Assembly (NCBI RefSeq): GCF_004010195.1
Contig: NW_025213809.1
Location: 1-36,062 of the forward strand
DNA: 36,062 bases
Reading direction: 5' to 3'
From: Chiloscyllium plagiosum
Taxonomy: Eukaryota
A model generated the notes under the pieces. The model was not told the origin of the DNA. It made no database searches and saw nothing but the letters and a program-made list of their open reading frames with translations. The position numbers were made by a program, and so were the translations under genes. Within the stretch, counting starts at the first letter, position 1. Each line of letters opens with the position of its first letter. Of the stretch, positions 23,551-34,510 are shown in pieces.

Positions 23551-24308
23551 TGTTATGACACGGCAGTGAAACTTTCTGCGAATTAACTCAAACACCCAGA
23601 AAAGCTCAGCTCGCTTCGTAATCTGTTAAAGTATGAGTGACAGAGAACTCCCACATTCGACTATTTAAAGAAAAAAAATCAATTTATTCTTTAAATCTAA
23701 AACTGATAATTAAACAATAAGTATTTACAACTCTAAACCTCTTTTCTCTTAAAGGTCTGTTATCCACCTCCAATGCTACAACAATATACTGATACAATAA
23801 AAATCTCTATTAAAATTGCAGCAACTTAATTTTCAAAACTAGATATCTGCTGTAGTGTTTGGTGTCTGGCTCCTTTCAGCTGAAGATCTCCCTGGGTTAT
23901 CTTCAGTCTTTTGCTGAAAAGATGTTTCATATGAAAAGATACCCTTGATAGAGAGTGTTTGGCTGGTCCTTACTCTGATGATGGCAGTTAGTTGTTCTCT
24001 CGCTGGCTTATTCTCAAAATGTCAGCTTCTTTTATACCCAATCAAACATCGGATTATCTCATTGGTTCAATGTTGTCATAAGAGTAAAATTCAACTTGAA
24101 TTGGCTTTTAGTGTCCTAGGGCATGAGTTAAACTGATCAGGAAAATCTGAAGTGTTGTAAACATAGAAGCAAAATGTTACATATTTTCAATTTTCTGGTA
24201 CAATCTGAGATTGCTAGTCAGTCACATGACAGGTGCCTGCAAAATCTCAATGCTTAAACAATTTTCACCCTCTGTTAAAGGTACAGTACACAATTCAATT
24301 TCATAACA
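23551..24308 (-). repeat. 3' LTR
   Basis: TGTTATGA...TCATAACA inverted termini; decayed PPT at about 24309-24320; collinear with 28782-29517. Confidence 0.9.
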
Positions 24309-26465
24309 CCAACACCCTTAAGAAAAAAAAAGTCATCATAATGAAAAGATGGCTTCTTTTTTTTAATCCTTAGTCCCATCAAAATGAAATACAAACACAC
24401 ACACACAACATTAATATTTGTTCAATCTTATCCATACTTTCTCCGCGATATCTGAGATAACACATCTGCCATCACAGTTTCGCAACATGTATGTTTTCTT
24501 TTCATTAAAAGTGTGTTACATAAGACTCCATGAAAATAATCCCATTTTCTTGTCCTTGAAGTATTTCAAGAATGTAAGAGGATTGTAACCTGTGTAGACA
24601 ACTGTCTCCGACACATTATTCGTTACATAAACATTAAAATGCTGTAAGGCCAGTACCAAACACAATAATTATTTTTCGACGGTAGAGTATTTTCTCTGGT
24701 GGGTACTGAGTTTCCTGGAAAAGTAACCAACCGGCCGTTCAATTATATCATCATCTTCCTGTAGCAGGACAGCTCCAACTCCTCTGTCGCTTGAATTGAT
24801 TGCAACTTTGAAGGGTTTCAAAACGTTTGATTTAGCTAAAACTGGTACAGTGATTAATACTGACTTTAAATTATCAAATGCCTCCTGGCATTGTTCTGTC
24901 CACCAAAACTTCGTGTTCGTTTTCAGCAAATCGATTTGCCGTGTTACTATGCTGCTACGTTTGGAACAAACTTCCAGCAAAAAACCTCGATGACATTCGT
25001 CTTGGCTTTTCTTGTGGTCAACATTTCATGACCCGATGTTATGTCCCAAGAATATCACTTCTACCTTCATGAATTATGTTTTCTTGAAGTTTATTACCAG
25101 TTTTTACAATTGCACCATGTGATCTTTCCATGACTCACTAAAGATCACTACATCATCCAGATGGACTGCACAGCTTGTTAACATTGACACAACTCAGTTC
25201 ATGAGTCTTTGGAATGTGGCCGGTGCGTTTTTCATTCCAAAGGGCATCACTTTGAATTGACATAGCTCATTTGGGGTTACACATGCAGAAATGTGTTTCA
25301 CTGTCTCTGATAACGATATCTGCCAATAACCAAACAGTGAGTCCATCATTGTAATGTAACTGGATTGTCCAAATTTCTCTACAAAGTGCACCAATCTTGT
25401 TATTGGGTACGAATCTGATTTGGATACGACGCTGCCCTTCTGATAATCCACACAAAATCATTGAGTCTCGTCAGGGTTAGAAACTAACACGAACAGCAAA
25501 CCCCACTCACTCTGACTGGGTTCGACGGTATCTTCGTTGAGCATTGCATCCACCTCGTTCTGGACCTAAGTGGCTTTGAAAGGAATAAGCTGATCGGTGT
25601 GTTGTTTTCTCACAACAGCATTCGCTATGTCTAACTAATGCACAACAGCATTAGTCTTCCCCATCTTATACCTGCACATGTGGGCTGCAACAAACCTTTC
25701 AACTTTGTTCTTTGTTCCTGAGACAGATACTTTACAAACCTGTCCCACTCCTCAAGGAATTACATAACTTGTTTTGAGGCACATCAAACTCCATAACATC
25801 TGGATTTGATCCCTCAATTTACGGGGCAGTAACTAACAGCAGTTTCTCCAGTTCCCTCTCTCGAGTATAATACGGTTTCAACATAATCACACGACATAAC
25901 CGATTTTTTTTCTATCTGGCATTCTTACCACATAGTTTACCTGACTCAACCGTTTCTGAATTTGGTCGGGACCACTAAACCTTGGATCTCCTGCCAGTGG
26001 TAACAATACTAATACTTCACCCCATGTGAAAATTCCTGAATTCCCAAGTTATTATCTGCTACCTGCTTCATTCTATGCTGTGCGCCTTTCAGGTGCTAAC
26101 TCACCTAAACGATTTAGTCCCTCCCTCACCTCCAAAGCATAATCCAAGTGGGGGATCTCCGACTTCGGTCCTGTCAATTTCTATTTAGTTAATATCAAAG
26201 GCCCTCTCACTTCATGTCTGAATATTAACTCAAAGGGAGTAAATTGAGTAGATTCATTTGGGGCATCTCTAATAGCAAATACCAATGGGATAGCTTTATC
26301 CCAATCATTCAGGTAATCCTGACTGTATGTTCTTAACAAGGTCTTCAGGGGCTGATGCCACCTTTGCACTCTATCAAATCTCACCCTGGGATTCAGGATG
26401 ATACACAGTTGATCGGAAGTGCTGCATACCTAAGCTATCCATGACTTCCTTAAACAGCCTAGCAC

Positions 26466-26667
26466 AAGCACATACCAATGAGAGAGGGTCATATATTTTT
26501 GTGGCTAGTTGATGTCCATGTATCCTAGTGGCTGGTTTCTGCCAGTTTGTCCAATGTAGTGTTTGTTTCAGTTCTTGCAAGCTATTTTGTAAAGTACATT
26601 ATTTTTGCATGTTGTCTGTGTAGGGTCTTTCTTGTTTATTAGCTGCTGTTGGAGTGTATTGGTGGTT
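26466..26667 (-). mobile_element. PLE GIY-YIG fragment inside the Gmr1 integrase
   Basis: NNVLYKIACKN*NKHYIGQTGR..RIHGHQLATK..PLSLV lies between integrase CHTCQ and ARLFKEVMDSLG. Confidence 0.85.
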
Positions 26668-28760
26668 TTGGCATGTATGACATGAATGGCAAAAGTTAAC
26701 CATGTCCTTGAAAATTACAGGCCAATAGAAATGCTTTTGTACATAAGCCTGTGTTTTCCTTACACCTAGGTGAACTCCTACAGGTAGTTCATTTGCTACC
26801 TGTAACACGTCCTGTCTGTATGCTACCGGCAACAAAATCTGGTGCACTTCAGCCCATTTCTCCTCTGCACTAACCTGCCGTGGTCTCCATTTTCATCTTC
26901 GGATTCTATCTTTGAGATAATAAACCTCAGGAATATTCTCTGCCTCATTTTCTGAGTACGCACCAACATATGTCTGTTATTGTCTTGTCTTTCTGTCGTA
27001 AGTCCATAAGCCTTTGAGGACCCAGAACTAACCCGGTTATGTCTGACTCTCTGTCTGTGCAGGTTTTTTCCTGCACCATTATGTCAACAGGGCCTTTGCT
27101 GACTGAACCTCATCTTTATCTTCAGTTTTTGCGTCGTCCTGTGACTTATGATAGTGGGATATTGTTACCACACAATCTGGGAAAATACCAGGGTATTTTT
27201 CTTTAACTCCGGCCTTCCTTGGGCTTTTACAAAACAAGAGATGTCACTCCCACCTTGGTTCCTGCTAAATTGTTCCCAAGAACAATCTGAATTCCTGGAA
27301 CTGACAATCTGCTAATCACTCCCTCTTCTGTTTCCCCAGTCCTGAGTTGGCACTCTAACCTGATATTACATCAGGGAATGTTAAAGTATGCCACTGTCTT
27401 AGCCTCTTTTACTATATCTTTTCCCACACTGTGACTTTACATGTCCCACTTTGCCACAGTTGAAACACCTGAGGCCTTTCACTTCCTTTCCACCCTCTTG
27501 GGCTTCCAACGTAATCTGTAGTAAACACATACCTGTGTTCTCTACTCTTAGTTTCACAGCGTAGGACCTCCCCTTCGCCAACATCTATCCCTCACTGGAT
27601 GAAATTCTTGCCAGAAGCTAAACTTTGCCTTATGCACCAGTGTATATTCATCTGCCATCTCTGCTGCTCTTCTCACTTCCTGAACTTTCTGTTCATCCAC
27701 ATGAATTCTTATCATCTCTGGACGTGAGTTTTTCTTTATCTGCTCTACCAGAATAATCTCTCTAAGATCCACATAAGTCTTATCTATTTATAAGCCACGC
27801 ACCATCTATCAAAATTAATATTTTTAATTCTTTCGAACTGAACATCAGCCCAACCTGGTTCCTTCTTTATGTTTCTGCAACGCTGTCTGTATACTTATGG
27901 TACCAATGCATAAGCACTCAAAATAGCCTGTTTTACATCTTCATAATCTCTTTAACTCTCATCTGACAGCGCTGCAAATAACTGACTAGCTCTGCCTCCC
28001 AGTTTAATCTGAACTAGTATTACCCACAAGTCTTCCGACCTCTCCATCTACCTAGTTACTTTTTCAAATGAAATAAAGAAGGCTTTGACATCTTCCTCAT
28101 CAAAATGTGGCAATATTTTAACATATTTGTACATATCACTGTCTTCTATCTTCATCTCCATCCTCTTAACTTGAATTTGCTGACTAAGTCGTAAATTTTC
28201 AAGTTCAAATTTTCTCTCTTTTATTCTCTCCCTTTCTTCTTTCCCTATTTCTCTCTCCCTTTCTCTTTCTTCTCTCTTTCTTTCTCTCTGCCTTACTTTT
28301 TCCTCTCTCCATCTTTTTGTTTATCTTCTAACTCCTTTTTCTTCAATTGGAATTTAAGTTTTTTATAACTCTGCTGCGCTTGTCTGTTTCTCTAATACAC
28401 CCAAATATTTGAGAAACTCCCGTATAATTTCAGCCTTACTTTTGTCCTTAGTTAAACCCAATTCGAACCTCTTTGCTAATTCTAAAAGTAAGATTACTTT
28501 CCTTTCTTCTTAATGTTCCTGGCAAATTCTGGAATCATCTTTAATCTCTGGAACCTCTTTACCAACGTTAACAGCCATTTCTTTCACTTTTAATTAAACC
28601 AACTACAAGTAACCAAAATTAAGCAAATTGTCTCATTTATGCTTTATTTATAGATATAGGACACTAATCGGCAAGTGTTTGAATCTGCTGGGATGTTTTG
28701 TACCCCAAATCTGTTCACATTTGTCCAAATCTCAGATTGGATCAGTTTAAAACTTTTCAA

Positions 28761-28778
28761 ATCTCAGGTGAGCCCCCA
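28761..28778 (-). promoter_or_regulatory. Primer binding site, tRNA-Pro type
   Basis: TGGGGGCTCACCTGAGAT 3 nt after the 5' LTR, versus canonical TGGGGGCTCGTCCGGGAT. Confidence 0.75.
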
Positions 28779-28781
28779 AAC

Positions 28782-29517
28782 TATTACGACAGTGATAACC
28801 CGTTCTGCTAATTAAACCAAACACGCAGAAAAACTCACCTTGCCTCATAATCTGTTCAAGTATAAGTGGCAGAGAACTCCCAAATACCACTATCTAAAGA
28901 AAAACATAACAGTTTTATTCTTTCACTCCAAACGTGAACATTTGACAACAACCATTTACAAATTCAAGCCACATTTGTCTTAAAGAATTGTTATCTACCT
29001 CCCAATTTATAACAATGTACTGATCTGATAAAGCATTTATTAATTTACAGCAAGTCAATTTTCAAAACCAGAGATTGGCTATCATCTCCAGTGTTGTCCT
29101 CCTCTGTTTGTAGATCTTCCTGTGTCATGTTCGGTCTTCTGTTGCAAAGATGTTTCATATGAGAAAGGTAACTTTTAGAGAGAGACTTTTCGGGCAGTCT
29201 GTCTGACAATGGCAAGTGGCGCTCTTTCTCTGGATAACTCTCTGAAATGCCTGCTTTTATATGCCAAAACATTCGGTCATCTCATTGGTTTGTTGTTGAA
29301 GAAACAGTAAAATTCGAATTCAATTGCGTTTTACTATCTTGGGACATGATTTAAACTGATTGTTTAAATTCGAACTGCTGTGAAAACAACTCATGTATCT
29401 ACATTACAGCTCAAATGTTACATCTTTCAGTTTTCCAGTGCACTCTGTGACATGGCAGCTACTTGCCAGATTTCACTTTCATTTAAAGGTATAGTACATG
29501 CCATCAAATTCATAACA
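28782..29517 (-). repeat. 5' LTR
   Basis: TATTACGA...TCATAACA termini on the plus strand; collinear with, but clearly diverged from, the 3' LTR. Confidence 0.88.
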
Positions 29518-29857
29518 GAGGTGAAACAGGGGCAGTAAATTTCATCTCAGAAGGCAGTATACAACAATAATGAGTTATAATGCAGCTGCAAGATGGAGTG
29601 GCAGTGTCTAACTGAGTCTGCAAAGTTAGGTGGAACAGAAACTCCTCATAAACCATTAGCTAAAGAATGATAACAGTAGATGGAAACGTAAAACTTTACA
29701 TAGAAGTAGCTTCATGTTCAACATCTTATAACAATGAGTAGGAACTAACGTCCTTTTGTATCTTCTGCAATTAGGTCAGTCGGAAATATAAGATGAGGAT
29801 CAGAATTCGATAGAGATAGCAATGAATGACAGAATTCGATCAGTCCTCAGAGATAAG

Positions 29858-29972
29858 GGCTTATGCCCGAAACGTTGATTCTCCTGTTCCCTGGATGCTG
29901 CCTGACCTGCTGCACTTTTCCAGCAACACATTTTCAGCTCTGATTTCCAGCATCTGCAGACCTCACTTTCTA
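29858..29972 (+). mobile_element. Hammerhead-family short insert, 5'-truncated inside the ribozyme
   Basis: GGCTTATGCCCGAAACGTTG...CATCTGCAGACCTCACTTTC; 12-bp TSD CTCAGAGATAAG at 29846-29857 and 29973-29984. Confidence 0.85.
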
Positions 29973-30439
29973 CTCAGAGATAAGCAAGTCTGGGAAATGT
30001 CTGGAAAAAAGTACAATATTAACTTTGGAATGAAAATTAATGGGGTACATTGTAAGATCCCAAGGCCTGATGATTACAATTTCTGATAAACATCATGAGA
30101 TCATGGGGAATCTAGGGCTGCCCATTGGGATGTCTATCAGGTGCTTCATCGGATTAGATGTATAGAGTAAGGAGAAAGGAACAATGACAATATTCCATGT
30201 AATTTTGTAACGTGAAATGTGTAAAATGCTGAATCTTACTGGGGAAACCAGAGTGTCTTCTGGAATTAAGAGGGCAACTGTGTGGGAGGGGCCTTATTCA
30301 GAATGGTCACTGGCCTCTCTCACACGTGTGGTAAAGAGCTCGAACAAAGATCAATTGTATTTGTGAATACACAACCTGCTGAACAGGACTGATGAGAAAG
30401 ATAGTCTTTCAGGAATAATGAGGCTGCATAACAGGTGCA

Positions 30440-31135
30440 TGGAAATAAAGTCAAGATCCAGAGTTCACGTCCCAAGGGAAAAGGATGAGACTTTCTCACA
30501 GGACCTTTATGTTTACTAGTGATGATATCACATTGTTGTTGATTGTGGTGATTTTGGTTTGAGATCGGAATTATTCTTTACAATCTTTGTGGTTTTTTTG
30601 GCTTGGTGTGCTCATACATAGCTTCCTTCAGATAGAGGGACAGCTTAATGAAATATTTCCAAAGGCATATGTAATACTTCCCTCCATTACCAAGGCAAAG
30701 AGTTGAAGAGGAGGGAGCTGATATTCGAACTGTATAAAAAGTTGATTTTTTACCACTAGAGAACCGGAGACTGAGGGTGCTGCATTGAGATATATTAGGG
30801 TATGAGAGCCATAGACAGTGTAGACAGGAAGGATCGTTACCTCTGGGTGGAGGAATCAATGACCAGAACAGCACAGATTTAAGGTAAACAGCAGAAAGTT
30901 TAGAGGAAATGTCAGATAAAAACATTTTCCCTTATAGGGTGGTGGGAAGGTGGAACTCACTACTTGTAAGGTGTAGAAACCGTCAACACGTTGAAGAAGG
31001 ATTTAGATGTGCACTTGCGATGCCAATGCATTCATGGATATGGGGCAAGTGCTGGAAAATGTGGTTAGAATAGTTAGGTAGTGGTTAGGCAGACTTGATG
31101 GGCTGAAGGGCCTTTCTCTGTGCAGCTGACTTTAT
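30440..31135 (+). mobile_element. Decayed CR1 3' fragment
   Basis: RVVGRWNSL and KKDLDVHL motifs plus a GATGGGCTGAAGGGCCT tail. Confidence 0.75.
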
Positions 31136-31629
31136 TACAAAATCTGGTCTCTTGATCTGAACTAGTTTCCTTCTATTTGGCTCAGCACGTTACCTGAAAG
31201 GCAGGATAGTTATCTCAGATAGATAGTGACGCCTGCAGGACAACTGAGGAATATGTTAAAGCAAACCTTCTCTGTGATATTGGGAGAATCCAGGCAGCAG
31301 GAAAAGAACAGGATGTTGTTTCACAGAGTTTTATTTTGAGTGGTCATGTTACAGCACTGCATTTCCCTCCCTGACCCTCAGAGATTGTTGCCTGAACACA
31401 AGCAGTTGGTTACACCGGGGCTTTCCCCCTCATGCTGCCAGCTGAGGGAGACTGACATCAGACACAACTGACCAGACTCGCAAGGAAGGAAATTGAGACA
31501 TTGACAAACAGCTACTTGAAGCCCTTGTCCCTTATTAACAGCAGGGTGGATACGGAGAACCAATTTCCATTGAGATTGAAATACACTGGTTTTATTTTAT
31601 TGATTCAAAACAGCAATAGTGTCAGGAAG

Positions 31630-31845
31630 GAATCAATATCCTGTATTGAGTGGTAAATGTCTTCATTTCACAGCCTGAGAATGTGATAGAGGTGTAATCA
31701 ATCCTGCCTTCTGAAGAGAATTGGATCACTATCTGAAGAGAAAATGATTGGGAGGCAATGAGAAAAGATATGACTGGGTGGATTGCTCTGAGAGAGAGCT
31801 GACACAGACATGATGGGCCAAATGTCTGACTTCTGTACTGTAGCT
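31630..31845 (+). mobile_element. Decayed CR1 3' tail
   Basis: KRELDHYL-like segment and GATGGGCCAAATG..CTTCTGTACTGTA tail. Confidence 0.6.
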
Positions 31846-31849
31846 ATAA

Positions 31850-32056
31850 CCATCCCACCGACCTTTCTCCCAGCCCCAACCCGCTCCCTCCATTTATGTC
31901 TTATTCCCCCTTCCCCCCTCCTCAGTCCTGATGAAGGGTCCTGCCTGAAACGTCGACTCTCCTGCTCATCTGATGCTCCCTGACCTGCTGTGCTTTTTCC
32001 AGCTCCACAATTTATGGACTCTGTATTTCCAGCATCTTAAGTCCTCACTATCTCCA
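31850..32056 (+). mobile_element. PLE 3'-type insert with a minimal hammerhead motif (31924-31958)
   Basis: C-rich leader, then AGTC-CTGATGA-A-GGGT-CCT-GCCT-GAAA-CGTC-GACT and the shared body. Confidence 0.8.
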
Positions 32057-32472
32057 AGCTTCAACAATTTTATGCAATCCTCAATATATTCCCTTATTAT
32101 ATCACTACAGCTCAATGAAATATCCTCTACTCACGAAGATAGCTGTCATTAGACAATAAACTAATTATTTAAATTAATGATCTAATATACCACATAGCCT
32201 TGGGCAGTACTTACAATGAACAAAATATGAAAACAACTGACCTACCTCTCCTAATATCTTACTTTGCTGGAATATATATCGCAGTCAATGGAATCTTTAA
32301 CCCCTGAATTCTCGGGTTCTGAAATGATTCCAGACAATCGTATTTAATGGTGAAAGAGTTTGGCTTAAATATATAACCAAGGGGTGACCCTCTCACATGT
32401 CTGAGCACTGATGTCAAAACACAGCAGCATCACTCATGCACGGAGCAAAGAAGCACATTGATCCCTACTCAC

Positions 32473-32710
32473 TGCGCACGGTCCAGGGATCATCCCACGG
32501 AATAATGTGATGTGTAATTTCCAGACTTGTCGTGGCTTCCTTAAATTTTTGTTATAGAGTGAAGCCTGATGAGACGGGTTTATCTCGATCATTGACTGGT
32601 AGTTATTTGAATATGCCCATTGTAAAATATTATCTTTGGCCTTATCCCACCCATGCTAAGACCATTACTACAGATTGCTGACATCATCATTGTTTATTCT
32701 GTTACATCCT
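32473..32710 (-). pseudogene. Decayed V-set Ig exon (CEACAM/CD2/SLAM-like N domain)
   Basis: Acceptor TTTTTGTGCTTTTCAG, donor GTGAGT. Across frameshifts: IC, GWDKAKDNILQW, YQSMIEINPSHQASLYNKNLRK, DKSGNYT, WTVR. Confidence 0.45.
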
Positions 32711-32842
32711 CTGAAAAGCACAAAAAAGTTTGAATGGCTCTGTTTGACGGACACAGAATAGCATATTGCCTGGTGCAAAGCATTATCTCTTGGATCTACT
32801 TACATTGGGCCCTCTGAAATTCTGCTGATATTTTTATCTTTT

Positions 32843-32935
32843 AAAATAAAAACAGAAAATGCTGGAGAGACACAGGCCGGTCTGGCAGCATCTGTGGAGA
32901 AACAAACAGGGTTAACTTTTTGGGTCCAATCACTT
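32843..32935 (-). mobile_element. Decayed short PLE-3'-type repeat
   Basis: Minus strand TCTCCACAGATGCTGCCAGACC..CTCCAGCATTTTCTGTTTTTATTT resembles the body of the hammerhead family. Confidence 0.6.
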
Positions 32936-33396
32936 GAGTTTGGATTTTGTTGAGTTCATGTTAGATTAAAGCTTGTTGCAGGAAATGGTTCAGTTTTCAG
33001 TTCAGTTCAGTTGACATCATTTGGTTAATTTTACACACAACTGTAATAAAGGGATATTGCAACATATTCTTTAACTGTTGTCTGAACTTAGTTTGGGTCA
33101 CGGAATAAATGCAAGTGTTTGTGCAGCAGTTCAGGAGTTGAGGAATGAATCATATTTCTTGTACAAAGAGACGTATCCATACAGATGTACCGACTGAAAG
33201 TTGTATTTTGTTCCATATATAATACAGCAGGTAGATGGATCACAACAGGATAAAATTGCCTGAGATAACAAATAGTAAAATGATGGATTTCCTTTGGTTC
33301 TCCTTCTCTCCGATCATCAGAACATTTCCCATTGCTTTGTCCGCAGATTCTCTGGTGAGGTCTATTAGTTACGGAAATATATCTGACAGTTAAAGC

Positions 33397-34009
33397 NNNN
33401 NNNNNNNNNNNNNNNNNNNNNNNNNNNNNNNNNNNNNNNNNNNNNNNNNNNNNNNNNNNNNNNNNNNNNNNNNNNNNNNNNNNNNNNNNNNNNNNNNNNN
33501 NNNNNNNNNNNNNNNNNNNNNNNNNNNNNNNNNNNNNNNNNNNNNNNNNNNNNNNNNNNNNNNNNNNNNNNNNNNNNNNNNNNNNNNNNNNNNNNNNNNN
33601 NNNNNNNNNNNNNNNNNNNNNNNNNNNNNNNNNNNNNNNNNNNNNNNNNNNNNNNNNNNNNNNNNNNNNNNNNNNNNNNNNNNNNNNNNNNNNNNNNNNN
33701 NNNNNNNNNNNNNNNNNNNNNNNNNNNNNNNNNNNNNNNNNNNNNNNNNNNNNNNNNNNNNNNNNNNNNNNNNNNNNNNNNNNNNNNNNNNNNNNNNNNN
33801 NNNNNNNNNNNNNNNNNNNNNNNNNNNNNNNNNNNNNNNNNNNNNNNNNNNNNNNNNNNNNNNNNNNNNNNNNNNNNNNNNNNNNNNNNNNNNNNNNNNN
33901 NNNNNNNNNNNNNNNNNNNNNNNNNNNNNNNNNNNNNNNNNNNNNNNNNNNNNNNNNNNNNNNNNNNNNNNNNNNNNNNNNNNNNNNNNNNNNNNNNNNN
34001 NNNNNNNNN
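33397..34009. other. Assembly gap covering the middle TM helices of the GPCR
   Basis: Run of N. Confidence 1.
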
Positions 34010-34191
34010 TAACGAGTGATACACTTAGACACACCACACTTTCCCATAGACAAGATCACCATCACAATTATGTTGACTGTGAGGAAGGAAAATACGGAAG
34101 AAAGTAATAAATAATGTTGAGAGCAGCACTCTTTCTTGGACTGAGTGTATCTGATGACGAGAAAATAAGTTGCAACATTCAGATATAGTAC

Positions 34192-34510
34192 TATTTGATT
34201 TGATTTATTGTTGTCACATGTACTGACATACAGTGAAAAATGTTGTTTTGTATGCTCTACAGGCAGATTGTACCATACAAAGTGCATCGGGATAGCAGAA
34301 TAGAGTACAGGACACAAAGTTACACAGAAGCTTAAGGGAGAGATCAACATTTACATATGAGAGTTTCATTCAAAAGTCTTAGAACAACAGGAGAGAACCT
34401 GTTCCTGAATCTGTTTGTACATGTATTCAAACTTTTATATCTTCTGTCTGACAGAAGAGGATGGAAGAGAGTATAACCGGGTGGGAGGGGTCATTGAATA
34501 TGTTGGTTAT
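34192..34510 (-). mobile_element. Rex1/Babar-like LINE 3' end in the GPCR intron
   Basis: HPV/YTLFHPLLSDRRYKSLNTCTNRFRNRFSP and an AATAAATCAAATCAAAT tail. Confidence 0.7.

Larger units (their letters stand above)
23551..29517 (-). mobile_element. Full-length decayed Gmr1-type Gypsy LTR retrotransposon (gag-PR remnant-INT-RT-RH)
   Basis: Two LTRs, PBS and PPT. Gag LPHFDEEDVKAFFISFEK, LREIILVEQ, AAEMADEY; knuckle CFNCGKVGHVKSQC; integrase GVHLGVRKT..CHSCHTCQ and YHPESQG; RT VMPFGMKNAPATFQRLMN; RNase H GVGAVLLQ..YSTVEK. Confidence 0.92.

Noticed and set aside
27554..28120. Domesticated SCAN-domain gene
   Set aside because: It is the stop-ridden gag of the LTR element, between the PBS and the zinc knuckle
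28200..28345. CT-rich microsatellite-like tract
   Set aside because: It is the Glu/Arg/Lys-rich coiled-coil part of gag on the minus strand
33010..33396. Ig-like motifs (FNCQIYF, YYSCV) and an apparent acceptor near 33262
   Set aside because: The same bases are far better explained as TM6-TM7 of the GPCR in another frame
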